64,000 nt of DNA from Bigelowiella natans CCMP2755 (GCA_000320545.1 ADNK01000562.1:24590-88589); one strand, 5' to 3'; shown: positions 48,856 to 63,500, counted from the stretch's first letter. The notes: generated by a model not told the origin, from the sequence alone. Translations and numbers: made by a program.

Positions 48856-50144
48856 TCCTCTCCCTCTGCAAAAATATGATCCCCACCTCATCTTGCACAT
48901 CGCAATGAATAGAGGCCAGCAGAAGAGAAGTGGAGCGACTTCTTCAACGAACCGGACCAGTAAGAAGAAGAAAGAAGAGAAAGAGAGGAAGATACTCGCT
49001 ACCACCACTATTCCTACTACGCTCCCGTACCTCTACTATAGCTGCCAATAACGACTGCGCACACTAATCGTCTTTGTTATTGTAGATATTGGGATAATCG
49101 TGCTCTCAAGGCAAGCGGCGAACGAAGTCCAAGGTGGTGTCATTGTCCGCCTTATTAGTAATAACGAGTGCTGCGTTGTGCTCTTTCCGTCATCTAATGC
49201 ACTCATATCCATCAACATCGCCATCATCATCATCGTAGTCGTTGCAGTGGTAGTAGTAGTAGTAGTAGTAGTCGTCGTCGTCGTCATCGTCGTAGTCCCT
49301 CATGGTATCCTTTCGCATTTGCGCTCAGATATCCCGACTTCAAGCACAAAACCACGCAGGAGGCGCTATGGGTCGATAGGTAGATAAGACCGGGAAGCTT
49401 ACCGGGGAGAGGAGAGTAGAGAGCGTACATCAAGGCGCCTAATTTCAACATGCTACCTTTGTGAGATAGAGTCGTGAGGAGTGATCTAGGTGAAGCTCAC
49501 GTGCTGTTTCTTGTTAGTACTCCCTCCACCTCCTCCTTCTCCTCCTTTTCCTCATCCCCCCCCCCCCCCCCTCCTTGCAGTTGGGACTCACCAAAGTGGA
49601 TCCAAGAAACGCTTACTCTCATGGACAAGGCAGCAAAGGAACATCAAAATGGTGGTGCTCTACTTGTCATAGTAGAAGTAGTAGTTTACTCGTTATTGCG
49701 CATTTTCACATCTAGATAAATACACGAAAGATGATCCATGAATAAACGAATACTGCCCCTCCCCCCTCTATCTTCTCTCTATCTCTCTCTCTCCCTGCCT
49801 TTCAATCAATTCGCAGGAGGATACGATGATGAAAGCGTTCATGCTGGAGAAGAGGTGGGGGTGGTTGTGGGATGATAGTGAAGACAATGATTATGCTGAT
49901 GATGATGATGATGATGCTGATGGTGATGATAATGGTCCTGTCGTTTTGATTTATGTTTTCATGAGAGAGTTGATGTTGCCATTTTTATCGGAGTAGATAG
50001 TACTTTCCACGACATTGATATGTGAATGAAGCGTATCAAATCAAATATGTTGACATGTGCACATACATCATACAATCCACAGTAATTTGACTACAATATT
50101 GTTGTATCTAGGTACCTGGTGAGTCTCTTCCTCCGCAGTGGTAG
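46409..50144 (+). CDS. OSB: Organellar single-stranded DNA-binding protein (OSB/pTAC9-like: SSB OB-fold plus one PDF motif), bipartite leader; last exon tentative (alternative stop at 49875)
   Basis: Signal MQNLWTAALFLIVWMMAGAW. OB fold: LANSVNLIGNLGADP..TNWFECEMWNNVA..YLNRGSKVHVTGRL..W.DK. PDF motif: KWSDFFNEPDQYWDNR..PRYPDFKHKTTQEALWV..SPKW. Confidence 0.88.
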
Positions 50145-50182
50145 CTGCCTCCTCCGGCTTTAAAGCCTTTCGTTGCTCGCTG

Positions 50183-50234
<52 letters not shown>

Positions 50235-50552
50235 ATAATGTGTGTGTGTGTATATATATAAACCCTTCTCCCAGCTCCATGTATTGTTTTTCGCGAATAG
50301 CTCCGAAGGTGCATAATAATATTATTATCTGCAACATATACGATTGCATGTATTCGACAATCGAATGATTTCTTCATGGGATTTGTAGTAGATATATACG
50401 CTTTGGTACAATCTGCGACAGTCTCCCCCGCATGTGCTAACACACTGCTGCTCTAGTGCTGGCTGGCGCTGCTGCTGCGCCATGTGATTCATACGTACGC
50501 GGCTTATATCTCAGCTACATCTAACTAGAGTATCCGCGGCGCATCGTGTCAC

Positions 50553-50597
<45 letters not shown>

Positions 50598-50807
50598 TAG
50601 CATGCGAGCTGCTATATTTATAATAATCTTGAATGCGCGTTTACGCGCACATACAATAGCAGCACTGCTGATACTATAATACAGATGCTGATGCTGTACG
50701 TTACACATACTGATAGTAGTCAACAACCAGCTATGTGTATAGTATGTGTGCAAGTTAGCTGGCAGTTTATCTTTGTCATATTTGATAAGCATAACCTTTG
50801 CTAAGCA

Positions 50808-52278
50808 TCACCACCACTTCTCATACAAGATGCGTTCTTTTGAAATCTCAAAAGTCTCTTGCAGCAAAGTATTGACTTCTTCAGTCATAGATGGAGGACC
50901 GCACAGATAGAAAACCATTTCATTTGTATCCCTGAGCACATGCATGCGCGTTATTCACGAAGAGTTGAGCACATGAACTGCATTCGTTTATTGTATAAAT
51001 CTTCCCTCTGGCCTCTCCCCCCCTTTATGTGTATGTATGTGCGCACATGGTGTGTTTTATGGGACGACGGATCACAAAGAGCTTACTTCTTGGAGCGGCG
51101 CAACAACGGTGTCAACGTATCTCCGTCAATGCGCCCCCTTTCGCCTTCCCAGCCGTCGTCTAAGTGCGTTGCAAGCAAAACACGCGCGACACTTATATTC
51201 AGTAATTAGTAGCAGTATGTCGTGAACAGTCTACAACTACCCTTTTGCGTTGATGTAACTGTAAAAACTGAATCCTTGTCACAAAGGCTTTTCAACTCAT
51301 CCTGAGAGTGGTGGTGGTAGACAATAAAGTAGGGGAGAACGAGAGAGAAATCGAGAGAGAGTGAGGGAAACAAAGAGGAGATGATGAGAAATTTGATGAC
51401 GCAAGCTTGTACGACACATATGGTGATGACGATGTCGATGATGATGGGAATGATGATGAGAATGATGATGATGATGATGACATACGAATATTACTACCAA
51501 GTATATAAGCTCAGAAGCAGTCGTTGCGCTATAAAATAACGAGCATCCCTCTGCAACCAAGCAAGGTGTCCTCTCATAAGCAACAATTACTGGTAGTAGT
51601 AGTAGTGGTATTATCTCAAGATAATTAAGATTATCAGCTATGCCAAGGCTTCAGCACTTACTACCTTGGTTTTTGTTCTCTTCTTGTCCTTCTTTTCCTC
51701 CTCCTCCTCCCCCTCCTCCTTCGCGCATACTTCTTATCATCGACACGAAGGGCGTGACTCCTAGGACATCCAGACAACAAACCAACCAAAATATACACTA
51801 GCATCAAACTAACGACGCAATGATTTTGGGTGCCACGTGTAGGCTGTCGGGGTTTTGAATGGGGTCACGAACCGATGCCACCGGCTATGAAGACGTGGTG
51901 ATTAGGAGCTTTGCTGCTGGCGCTGTCCACCCCGTCCTATGCGTAAAGCATGCTGTGTGTCTCGTTCACACAAATATACGACAATGTGCACACACGTGCG
52001 CGCACACAAAAGTGTGATGTTGGCACAATTTAATATTATGTGTTATTGTCTTTTTAATTTGTTGTATTCGTAGTAGGTCTCGCTGCTGCGCTGCTGCCGC
52101 ACATTTTATACGGCAGATATGAAAAAGCACTCGCATACTGTTTGTCCTCCTTTCAATTTGAAATTTCCTCCTGACTTAATCAAGACCTGCAGTAATAATG
52201 TTCATATCGCACACATGTGCTACTGGTAGCTATCACAGTCCTAGTGGTAGTCGTCGAGATAAACAAACAATTCAACGA

Positions 52279-52310
<32 letters not shown>

Positions 52311-52777
52311 ATAAGCCAAATTACCTCGTCTCCTTGCTTACACTTCTCATGAATCCAGCTTGCGGCAGGATGTTTAGACACCTTCACTGCCAACTCCAAT
52401 GTTCCTTTGCTCTGAATGCGTGGTGTGCATTGAAAGAATGATGATTTGCCACAAGATCAAAGACTCATATACCGCCCATCGTGGGAAGACTCATAAGCAT
52501 ACTTGTACTTTTACGTGCGCGCACGCGTGTGTGTGCGTGTGTGTACACATAATGCATAACAAATCCAACTTGTAGTATTTTGGGCGTAGATGTGAATGAG
52601 TAGCCTCCAATGACGTCCAAGTGCGGGATGAGAAAATCAACCCATTGACCTGGTAAAAGACAACACACGTTTGTTCGTACTCATTGGAGTCACTGACGAG
52701 ATATCTGATCCCCCCCTTCCCATCTACACTTTCCCTCATCACACAAATTTATAATAATATATGATCCGCAAAACAGC

Positions 52778-52838
<61 letters not shown>

Positions 52839-53298
52839 TACAACAATCATATGTCAGCACGAGTAGCAGACACAAAACCAAAGGGTATGATGTGGATTAC
52901 CAGGGTGAAAAATGAATGTGTTCGGAGCTTTGAGAGTCAACGACCTTGACAGAACGGCGAAGTGTAGTTGGGGAAAAGAGGAGAACGAGAGAGGGGGGGG
53001 GGAGGGGAGAAAAGCAGTAATGGGAACCATAAAGAACACAACACGAACTCTCATAACTTTAGCTCTCATCATTTACTTGACTGTTGGAGAAAGTCGTCTG
53101 CTGGTAGTAACAACGGCCTTTGTCCACATCTTCGTGTCCTCCTCCTCACCACCTACTTCATTGATTCAATTCAAACGTCCATAAGAAGGGGTGTCCAGCA
53201 GACAATCTACGCAAAAGAACATCAACACCCTTCGCTTGCGATGCAGTCGAGTGGGTTCCTGTGGTCTTCTTCAGCTGATCCGGATTCGACGTGGCCAT
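50808..53298 (-). CDS. OXNAD1: FAD/NAD-binding FNR-family oxidoreductase, OXNAD1-like
   Basis: Spliced exons give FIFHPGQWVDFLIPHLDVIGGYSFTSTP, LELAVKVSKHPAASWIH, VFIAGGIGVTPFVSM, LFYSA, GRID, FYLCGPPSM and terminal ILYEKWW*. Confidence 0.88.
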
Positions 53299-53505
53299 TC
53301 AACAAGGGGAGGAGGAGGAGGAGGAGGGTCTGCACATGTGTGTGTGTGTGTGTCTGTGTCTCAGAGCGACGACTTCGTTCGACAATGAAGGCTGTGCCGA
53401 TGCCGAAAAATTCAAAAAGAATTCAAAAAATTGTCCTGTAAATGTCTAAAACAGATGTCGTTTTCATGCTGCGACTCTCAAAAAAGGACACTAGATCTAG
53501 AAAAT

Positions 53506-54101
53506 ATGAGACCAAATCGTCAGCTGTTCTCCCGACTCCAACGACGCCAACAATTCGCCCATCCGCAAGCTCGAGCGAGCGAGCTACTAACCAAGCGCAC
53601 ATCGTCTGCACCTGCTGCTGCTGCTGCTGCCTGTGGGAGTGTATTGAGCGCATCAGCTGAGGAAAAAATACCAACCCCAGCTCTTTCGGCTGACATGCGA
53701 ACGGCGCAAACCCAAAGAGGTGTTCTTCGTTCAATGGGGAGGCTTTTGCAAATGAATGATTGACTTGTGGAACGTAGGCATTTGCCTTCAGTTCGATATC
53801 GACCCGTCCTTCCGTCGTCTTCACCCCCCTTCCCCTCCCCACTCTTCCTCACGCTCATAAGCAGTACTTTGTGTTGCTGCTACGTCCAGCAGGTCAGAAG
53901 CGAGCGGTCGTCATCACTGGTGCCTCTGGGAACCTCGGCCAGAAGTTGATTTCCCATTTCTCATCGAGAGGGTGGCAGGTAGCGTAGCTGCAGCCCTTAT
54001 ACTAGCACTGTTACCTATAGTAGAGTGTTGATGAGCTCTTGTGGTGACGGGACAAATGTGTTCGATCACAATTATTATTAGCGTGTGAGACGTGTCCGTA
54101 T

Positions 54102-54137
<36 letters not shown>

Positions 54138-54280
54138 ACATCAAAGTTTGCCTTCAATCTTTCTACCACCTTGCTAGCGACCCGTTACCTCGAAACGACA
54201 CACGACGGCATAAAAGAAATCATGATCAAAGAGGGGAGAAGCCTCATAATAATCAATGATTAAACATGTAGAAAACACAG

Positions 54281-54316
<36 letters not shown>

Positions 54317-54650
54317 TCTTATAAGGTCATTGGACTTGACAAAAGAGCGCCAAGAGGGATCACAGGGGCGGCAGTCGACCTAAGGGTTCGAAGCAACAAA
54401 TGGACAAACTTACTTAACGGTTGGCCGCAGCAAGGATAAATTTTATATTCGTTGTTGTTCTGCTTTTCCATTCCTGTAGAGTGGTAGTGACGCTCATACA
54501 TGTATGCTAATATAGGGGTTGATACCGTCATACACCTCGCTGCACAAAACCCGTTCCCTCATGCGACCTGGAAAGACTCTGTCTCTAGCTTCGACATCAC
54601 CGCCAATGTCTTCTTGGCTGCGGTTGAGAAAAAGGTTGTTTACTCCGCCA

Positions 54651-54693
<43 letters not shown>

Positions 54694-54789
54694 TCTTTCT
54701 CTCTCTCTCTCTCACACACACATACACAAATAACGAGGTGGAGTCTTCTTCCATTAATCCCCTCTCCCCCCCCTCCTCCTTCTTCTGTC

Positions 54790-54831
<42 letters not shown>

Positions 54832-55483
54832 CCTGTTTCCTCGTCACCACCCCTCGAAGGTTCGGAGGGTGATATTTGCCTCTAGCAACCACGTAATGGG
54901 TGGGCTGAAAGAAGCAGGGATCACAATTGATGAGGCGCCATCAATCACTGCAGGAGGGACAGATCCCTGCCCTGGTACCAAGATAACATATCCAGCTCCT
55001 TCAGGTGGTGATGATGTTAGAGGGAGGGGGGGTGAGGGTGGCGCCTATCCTGTTGACGATTGCACTAGAAGCTGGCGATGTATGATGAAGAAGGAGAGTA
55101 TTACGAATCGCCTATCTGTCTGCCGCGCAGTTATATATAACGATGTTTTCCCTCCATTTGAGAAGAGATGTCTTTTATCATTATTATTATGATTATAACT
55201 ACTACTATGATAGCTGGCTGTGCGTCCTACTTTGCTGTATCCCAACCGCCATGACACGGCAAAAAAACAAACGTGCTACTACTGCAGATTCTACCCCGTA
55301 TGCAACTGCGAAGTTGTTCGGTGAGCGTTTGGCGAGAGGGATTAGCGAGCTCCCAACATGCCAAACTAGCTTCATCTGCCTCCGAATCGGATGGTTAGTA
55401 GTAACAGCAGCAGCAGCAGCAGCGGCAGCCATTGCAGAGGGATGATTGATCGTGAATCAAAGAACAGTAAAATCGTTACTCCC

Positions 55484-55515
<32 letters not shown>

Positions 55516-56535
55516 CCATCTTTGCGCATGGAGAATGAGCAGATTTGTGTTGCTGCTGCTACTGCTGTTTTCGTCGCTGGCTATCATCAATGCAGGTGCC
55601 AGCCGGGGGAGAACCTGCCTTCAACGATGTCTGCAACCGGAGAACCCCCACGCGAGGGAGAGGACGACGGGAAAGATGCGAGGCAGATTCGGTAATGATT
55701 CATCGCATCATCGCTACAAGGAGGGGGGGAGGCTACGCTTTGGCAAGTGATTATTCGTGAGAAAATAATAACAGGGACACACACGCATGGTGATTGCTAT
55801 CTGCATTCCCAACAACGAACGGCAATTATTATCACTGCCCATTGCTACTGCAACTAACTATATCAAGACCAACACTACTCTCACTCGCCATTAACAACAC
55901 AACAGCGGATGCAGCACTTTAAATGACCCTCACAAGGTGTCGGAATGGTTTCAATTGATGTGGTTATCAAACAGAGACTTCTTGCAGGTAATGAATAGTC
56001 GGCGAGTGCGTTGTAGATGAATAGGCGACCAATATGATGGTGGCGCACAAGAAGGAGGATCAGGAGTTCTTTGATCTCATCCGATACGCACAAACATCGT
56101 CTCCTCCTCCTTTCCTCCCTCCTCCTCCTTTCCTTCCAACCCTCTCCCCCCCACTAGATATGCGAGAAGGCGGCGGAAGCAAAGATACCTGGTGGCGGGA
56201 GTTTCTGTGTGGTGAATGCCATGAGTAGCAATAGGTGATGAGATCATATTCAGCGTGTTCTTTGTTATCGTCGATGGTGATGATAGTGATAGTGATGATG
56301 ATGGTTATGATGGTTATGATGGATTCGAATTATTATTGCTACGGGCTCTCATGTCTATTATAGTGGTATGCGCTGGGACACGTCAGAGACTTCCCGCATC
56401 TTGGGCTTCGTTTCGAAGGACGATTCTACCACACATCCCCGTCCGGATGGAGATATGAACATAGGAATTCGTCCATCAAAGTCGAGACTACCTAGGAAGA
56501 AGACGGCAGGCGACGGAATCAGGTCTGCCTTATAA
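53506..56535 (+). CDS. NAD-dependent epimerase/dehydratase (extended SDR), uronate-dehydrogenase-like, with Arg/Ser/Ala-rich N-terminal extension
   Basis: VVITGASGNLG (Rossmann), GVDTVIHLAA, RRVIFASSNHVMG, STPYATAKLFGE (YxxxK), ICLRIGW, MWLSNRD, RWDTSETSRILGF. Confidence 0.85.
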
Positions 56536-56971
56536 CAAGCAGCAATGAGTAGAGGGGGAACAGGTCAATAGGGAGGAGACTAAAAGACGTTTGTCATTCC
56601 GGGAAATTATCGTGGACATGAGCTCTATAGGCTATTGTAGTGCGCATCGTCACATATACCCCGTACGTGTCAAATAGCAACGACAATATAGCAACAGCTG
56701 TAGCACACGCAAAGGCAAATTGTGTGGCTAGACGCGACACAAAAAGGTTTGTGCGAATGAGGCTAATCTTATGCATACAGCGGGACAAGTGGTGTTTATC
56801 ATCGGATGTGATGCATTCATGCTAATTGTTATAGTGTTGGCGCTGTCATCATCGCGACCATTGCTACATGGCTGAACCATCTTAGAAGTAGTACTTAACG
56901 CGAATACATGTTTGCATGAAAAGTCAAGCAGCGCTGACGCTACGCTCTTGTTTTACGCTGCTGGGTTATGA

Positions 56972-57068
56972 CCATAGCCTACATTTCATTTCCCTACCAT
57001 GTATCCGCAGTAGCAAAAATTGCATAAGTGCTACTGCGGATAGTAAGCAAATGAAATGTGAGGTATGG
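56972..57068. repeat. Imperfect inverted repeat (hairpin) between convergent genes
   Basis: TATCCGCAGTAGCA (57002-57015) pairs perfectly with TGCTACTGCGGATA (57029-57042). The outer ACATTTCATTT pairs with AAATGAAATGT, and CCATA with TATGG. Confidence 0.85.
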
Positions 57069-57227
57069 CCCATGAGCGGCGGCTGGATGCAATGACGGTC
57101 ACGACGTACAAATGCCCATCGAAGTATCGTGATGTATTGTCATCGGCGTCACCATAATATCATATGCTCAATAATGTAAACTCTATTATAACTGGCGTCA
57201 GGAGAATTACATAAATACTTTACTGTT

Positions 57228-57723
57228 CTAATTCGCTACTGACAACGCTTCTGAGATCAGAGGCTCTAAAACATCCCAAGCTACTGCATCTTTGCTAATG
57301 CTCTTGATTGCATCATTTCTCAATCTTACTGCCTTCTCTGCTGCACTTTCGGATTTTGCCACGATGCTCATATCTGTGCGGAAAGCCTTTCCAACGTCGT
57401 TCCCTCCTTTCAGGAGTTTCTTCGAGGCATTATCGGAGAGATGAAACCCAGGATTAAAATGGCCTGCCGTCGAAACATATTAGAAATCATCCACAGGCCA
57501 GGAAGCATTCCAAGACAGTATCAACGCAAGTTTTTCATAACAGCTCCTCATCTGACTATTCGGAATACTCATCTCCTGCTGTAAGAGAACTCCATGAATC
57601 AAGAAACCAGCTTGGGGAGAAACAACCTGACACTAAATCGCCGAGCCGGTCGCCAGAAGTGAACAGTACGCCTAAACCTTTGGTGTCGCTCTCGTCCACC
57701 TACGACGAATTATCGAGTTGAAT

Positions 57724-57766
<43 letters not shown>

Positions 57767-58308
57767 GCACACGCACGCACAGGCACGCACATGCGCGCTC
57801 TATTTACACATATTTGAATAACGAGACCAAAAGCAGCTCACCTGTCCCACATATATGTACGGGTTCTGCAGCATTGACAAACCGCCAGGAATCCTAATTT
57901 CGCCTGCCACACGTAGATACACACCCACATTAACATGAAATATATGTATTTATATTATATATATTTATATATTAGACCATATAATTTTCCTACAATATTT
58001 TGCATAGATGTATGTACATACGGCTGTTTGTTGAATGGCCGGTTACGTGTTTTATGGTTAACATTGTTGTGCATGTTACCCCTTCCATTTGGTCTCCCTC
58101 CTTGATGGTCGCCTGTGTACCTTTTATTATGTGTCGCGAACACACATCAAGCAAGAACAATACATATATATATATATATATATATATAATATAATATAAT
58201 TTGGCATACCTACATAATGCTGAAAAGCATATCGCATACCACACTAATAGATGATAATACACTTTTAGATTTTTTAAAACATTCTAGAGTGCCCCTCCCC
58301 ACTCCCAT

Positions 58309-58352
<44 letters not shown>

Positions 58353-59520
58353 TCTCTCATTCTCTTTTTCTCTCATTATTTCTTCCTGGTCCATACTGTA
58401 TTCCACACGGGGATAACGTTCTGCCAGATCCTACATCAAAAGGTTATAGTGAATGTGCACACCAATCAGTATTAACGTATCAAAATAAATAAATAAATAA
58501 TAGATGTATTAAGAGGTATAAACTGTATGTGATCATCACAACATGACAAACCGTGCGGCTGGTTGGCTTGGAACTCTCCCATGTAGACGCGGCCGTCTGG
58601 CTGGGTGTAAACTCCTACGTCAAACGCACCGTCCTACCCAAGAGAAGCAGACAGGCCACCGATGAAAGAAAGAAGAACGATGGGAAGATAGAAAGAAACG
58701 GAAGAAAAACACGAATAAATGTTTTGAGGAAATCAAAATCGCACATCAAGTCGAAGCATCTTTCTAGACGACGGAAACAGAAAGATGAGCCCATTAATGG
58801 CGGACAACCCCTCTCCATACCATAACTTTGGCACTACTTCTCTTGTCGTAGTTGATTATATGGCATAGTTGTTGCTTGTGTATCTACCTTAAAGCTTCCA
58901 AGGAACTGCTCTCCAAACACACTTCGCCTAAGAGAGTGGGCAAGCGAGAGCCGCCGTAGAAGATGAAGATGATGAAATTAATGCAAACTTTACAGCATCG
59001 TCGTTGTCGTCGTCATTGTTACTATCGATAATGAAGAAATTGTATGATTATTGGCATGATTCGTAGGGATTTGCATGCAAATCGAAATAAGATGAAACGC
59101 CATCAATAAAAATATGGCAGAAGAGCGGCAGGCATGTTCGTCCACGGGGATTGTCCGTCCTTGGAGCTAGCATAGCACATAGGACACGCACCACTCGCCA
59201 ACGCCCTGAGCCTTTCCGTCTTTGTCAGTCTCATTAGTCTTCAAATACACCATTTCTCCTTTGAACAGACAGCAAGCCTTACGCTTATAACTTGTGCATT
59301 ATTGTGTCGCGCATACCTTTCTGAAGCAGAGACGTAATATCAGCGAAGTAGAGCATCCACTGCTGATGTATCGGCGTGCTTCGACCAAAGATCTGTGACG
59401 GAAAGCAGAACGACATATGAAGAACGGCAAAGAGGCGTATTCACATGTACTTGAGATATCCGGTGAGTTAAACGAGTGTTCTAACGAGCAGGTGCAATTA
59501 TCTCGAAACAGGGGGAAGGG

Positions 59521-59570
<50 letters not shown>

Positions 59571-59825
59571 GAAGAAATGAAAGTCGCCTCATTTTTAATG
59601 TTCGTGCCTGTGCAATGGTCTTGAAGACGAATCGGATTTGACACACGTGCCCAGCGATCCGCAGCCAGACGATTACATCCCTATGTTTGTCGTTCAGTAC
59701 TCGCATGATAAGTAAATCACCGCATGACGATGACGATGTTGACAATGATTACACACGACGATGATGGTATGAGATAGAATAAATTATTCGGGCTCATGGG
59801 TCAGTTTGACTATGTCTCGCTTTCC

Positions 59826-59865
<40 letters not shown>

Positions 59866-60499
59866 TCTACATCTGGAGGCCTGCGTATGTTTGTGTCCAC
59901 ATGCGTGTAGTCTAGATCAGTAGGTTGCTACCGCCACTCCTACCTATGTGCAAAGATCTCTTTGGACGACTTGGAAGTACCTGATAGATGGGTGTGATAA
60001 TGAGCTGCTGTCTGGGATACAGACGGTGTGTTGTGGAAGAGCTACAAATTACAACTCACGATTTTTTATTCGCATGACGTCAGCGTTCTTCGCGAGGAAT
60101 GCTACGGCCAAAGACACCTCCTTACACGTATCTAGGACAATTGTGCATCGAGCAACATCGTTGGGAAATGCAACTCTCCCAGGAGGGCCATTGCACACCT
60201 GGAAGAAGCCGCCACGCAGAACAGATGACAATGAGGAGGAGAATGAACGATGACAATGATGATGGTGATGATGATGATGATGACGATGATGATGATGAGG
60301 TGCAGAGAAAAACTATCTTGTCGAAACAAGGAAGGGGTATGAATCTCTGGCAGAATCGACTTATATGTGTCTTTGAATTATGGCTCGTTGATCAATTTGT
60401 ATCGTAGAGATCAACTGTTTTCTAGTAATTGCTTTTGCGATTTTTAGGATTACATAAACACCCGAGTGGAAATCTTCAGTATCAAGACAACTGGTTGCA

Positions 60500-60552
<53 letters not shown>

Positions 60553-63500
60553 ACCAACACCACCTCGGCTAGGTAGGCTCTGGGGCCTTTCAGCTCCCAG
60601 ATTACGGTTGCCCCAGCCTTGTGCCCTTATATCATTGCAAATCATCGACGAAAATCCACAAAAAGTCATAGAGGAGTGTAGCCACGGAAGAAATTCATGG
60701 ACGATTGAAACACATACATGAAGCCTGTAGAAAATGAAATCGTGCGGCCATGCGCAATTCTCCTCTCCCAGGGGTCAGTCAGACTACCTTTGGCTGCAAT
60801 AGCAGCACGCATAGCGAGGGGGAAGAGACGTCCGACCGCCAACTTTGAATTAGGTTGCAAACATATTATCTATATATAGATATATCTATCTATCTATATG
60901 TTGAAGCGTGTACGGCATGCTTTCGCCACCGACCTCGAATTTGTATTAGTGGTGACATCATTACCAGGGCTTGGGTAGTAAATTTGCAGCATCTGAGCAG
61001 CGATCTGCTCGGCTCCTGAATTTCTCAACGAGGAGGCAATGTCCCCCCCGTTCTTGTCTTTATCACCCTCGCGGAATGTAATCTAATCCATCGGCAATCG
61101 ATCTTAGCACTGGGTCAAAGAAGTACACGCTTCCACATTAACGAACACAGAAAGCTATTCCTATATAAATCACCCATCCTGCTGCGTGCGTGTGCGGAGT
61201 CTTGCTTCGATCGTTTCCGATGTCTTTTTTCCCTCGGCGACTCTTCGATACGGCTTTAGCTATAGTCTCAGCGCCTGACATTGATAATGATGATGATGAT
61301 GATGATTACTAGACTGTAATAAGCTAATAAATCAACAACAGAGTGAAGGGTGAACATGATGATATATCCGTTACATATTTTACAAACGAATAAGTGGTAG
61401 CTTCTACTGTTGCGAGACGGCCAGAAAGTTGAAAATGAAATAATGGGTCGCCAACATATTAAGAGATACAAACCTCCTAAATGGTCCTTGACTGATTCCC
61501 AAGCGCTTTGGAATCTGGAAGAAGAATCAGCAGATCTTAACTTGCAGATGGATATCAATGCAAATCTGAAAATCTACGGCAAGCAACTCGGCACTATAAA
61601 TGTTAATAAGGTTGCTATGAACTCTCCCAATCGATAAGTATAAAATATGACGTATTCCCCTATGAACTCTCCCAATCGATAAGTATAAAATATGACGTAT
61701 TCCCCATTGCAGGCATAGGCATGCATAGAGATAATTCACACCCAAGCATTTAGAAGGTGGTTACAAATACATTGCAATCTTCAACCTATCGACGCCCGGA
61801 CTTACCTCTTCTCCGATTCTTCGATTTGCTCAGTTATCCTGTTCTTAAGTTCCTCTAAGGGAAATGTAACGACCTGAGGAGAGAGAGAGGGGATAGGGGA
61901 AAGTAGCAGGAGGCAAGGTGTAGCATGGAACTTCATTCAAAAAAATAAGAGCCGAAGACCTCCATCTCTTTGTCTGTTCATTATTGTACGTGCTACGATA
62001 CGATGGTTCTTTCGAACAACCGTGCACTTCCATACCTTTCCTTGTTGGTCTTTGAGGGAGTACAGAGATCCTTCATCTACGACTACTTGACGCGGCGACA
62101 GCATCCTGTTTCCAAATAGAACATGCATGCATTGGTTTTCACGTGCAGTAGCAGACACTATGTGTATATCTATACAGATACGAATACATGTTTGTTAATA
62201 ATTTGGCAGCCACATCGCTCACCCTATGTCAATGTCTCCCCATTTCCCTGACTTCGGAGCCCTCTTCTCCCTAGAGATGTCCAGCATAACATAACGGGTA
62301 TTGTAAGTTGAAACTGTAGAAGATGAAGTTGATAACTTTGTCTTACCTATTCTCTCTCCATTTATTATGAGCCTCAAGACTTGAAAACCCGCGGGTTTCT
62401 GCGACAGGATTTTATATATTAGTTCCATTTTTTATCTTCATCTCATATCATCATTTGTATTTTCGCTGTCATTATCATCTTCTTCTTCATTCATCTTTCA
62501 CTATGTCGTAACTGCCAAGCGCGTTCCGATGGAACATATCCACTCTCTTGCAGCTGAAATACTCACAAGGAATTACGCGCCCCGAGCCCAGCAGCGACGG
62601 CAAGACTATGTGAGAAAGGAAAAAGGACATAAGCGAGTGTTTGTTTGCCTGTCTGTCTGTCTGTCCGTGCGTGCGTGGTGTTTTCCAAGGAGTAATTTGT
62701 CTCTGAGCTCGGAAGAGCTTGCCAACCCCACCCCTACCTTGGCGTAGTTCTAGCCAAGACTTGTACTCCTTGTACGTGGTGCCATCGAGCTCTATCCTGT
62801 GTGTCGATGATCAGTGATAAAGAATCTTCGTTATTCGCATCAGCCCACTGCAATGACAGTCACTCACCAGGGGTGGATGTCTAGGGGGTTTACAAAGAAC
62901 GCTAGCTGCGGCGACGATGTGTCCGGTGCTGCCTTATTCTCCTCCAAAGGGGAGATTTGAAGTGGTGGTGGCTCGAAAAACTTCCGTTTGATGGCCGATA
63001 TCAACCTCCTGTGCACAACAGGATAAGGGAATACAAACTATAAGCATTGATGATGTCGAGATAGGAAGAGAAAATATATGCTTCGATATTGTTTGTAGGA
63101 AGTTACTTTGCGGCCTCCTCCCCGTAGAAGGCAGCAATGCTTTCTGAGTAGGCGGATAAAGAGCGTTCCCCTGATTCTATCTCTGCAAGATCTTCGTCCA
63201 CTCCTGTCGAATATAAAGATACAAAATTTAATACTCATTCCGTATATATTCTGCAAATATTGACGCTCAGACAAGCCTCCTTTATTTGTTTTTTCAGGAA
63301 TTTGTTTCCTTTGGTTGATTTCCCCTCTTCAATGACTTCCCTTGATGAATGGAAGGGGGGAGAATGAGCTTCTCTGTCTTTGCCTTCACTAAAACTGATG
63401 CGATTTATATATGATACTTCGAATTAATACCGCGAACTTTCTTTGGATCGAAATCTCTATATAACTCTTTCATACAGTATTTAATCGCTGCCTGTGCGGA

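Noticed and set aside
61616-61705. CRISPR-like repeat
   Set aside because: Only two abutting copies with no spacers, in a eukaryotic context.
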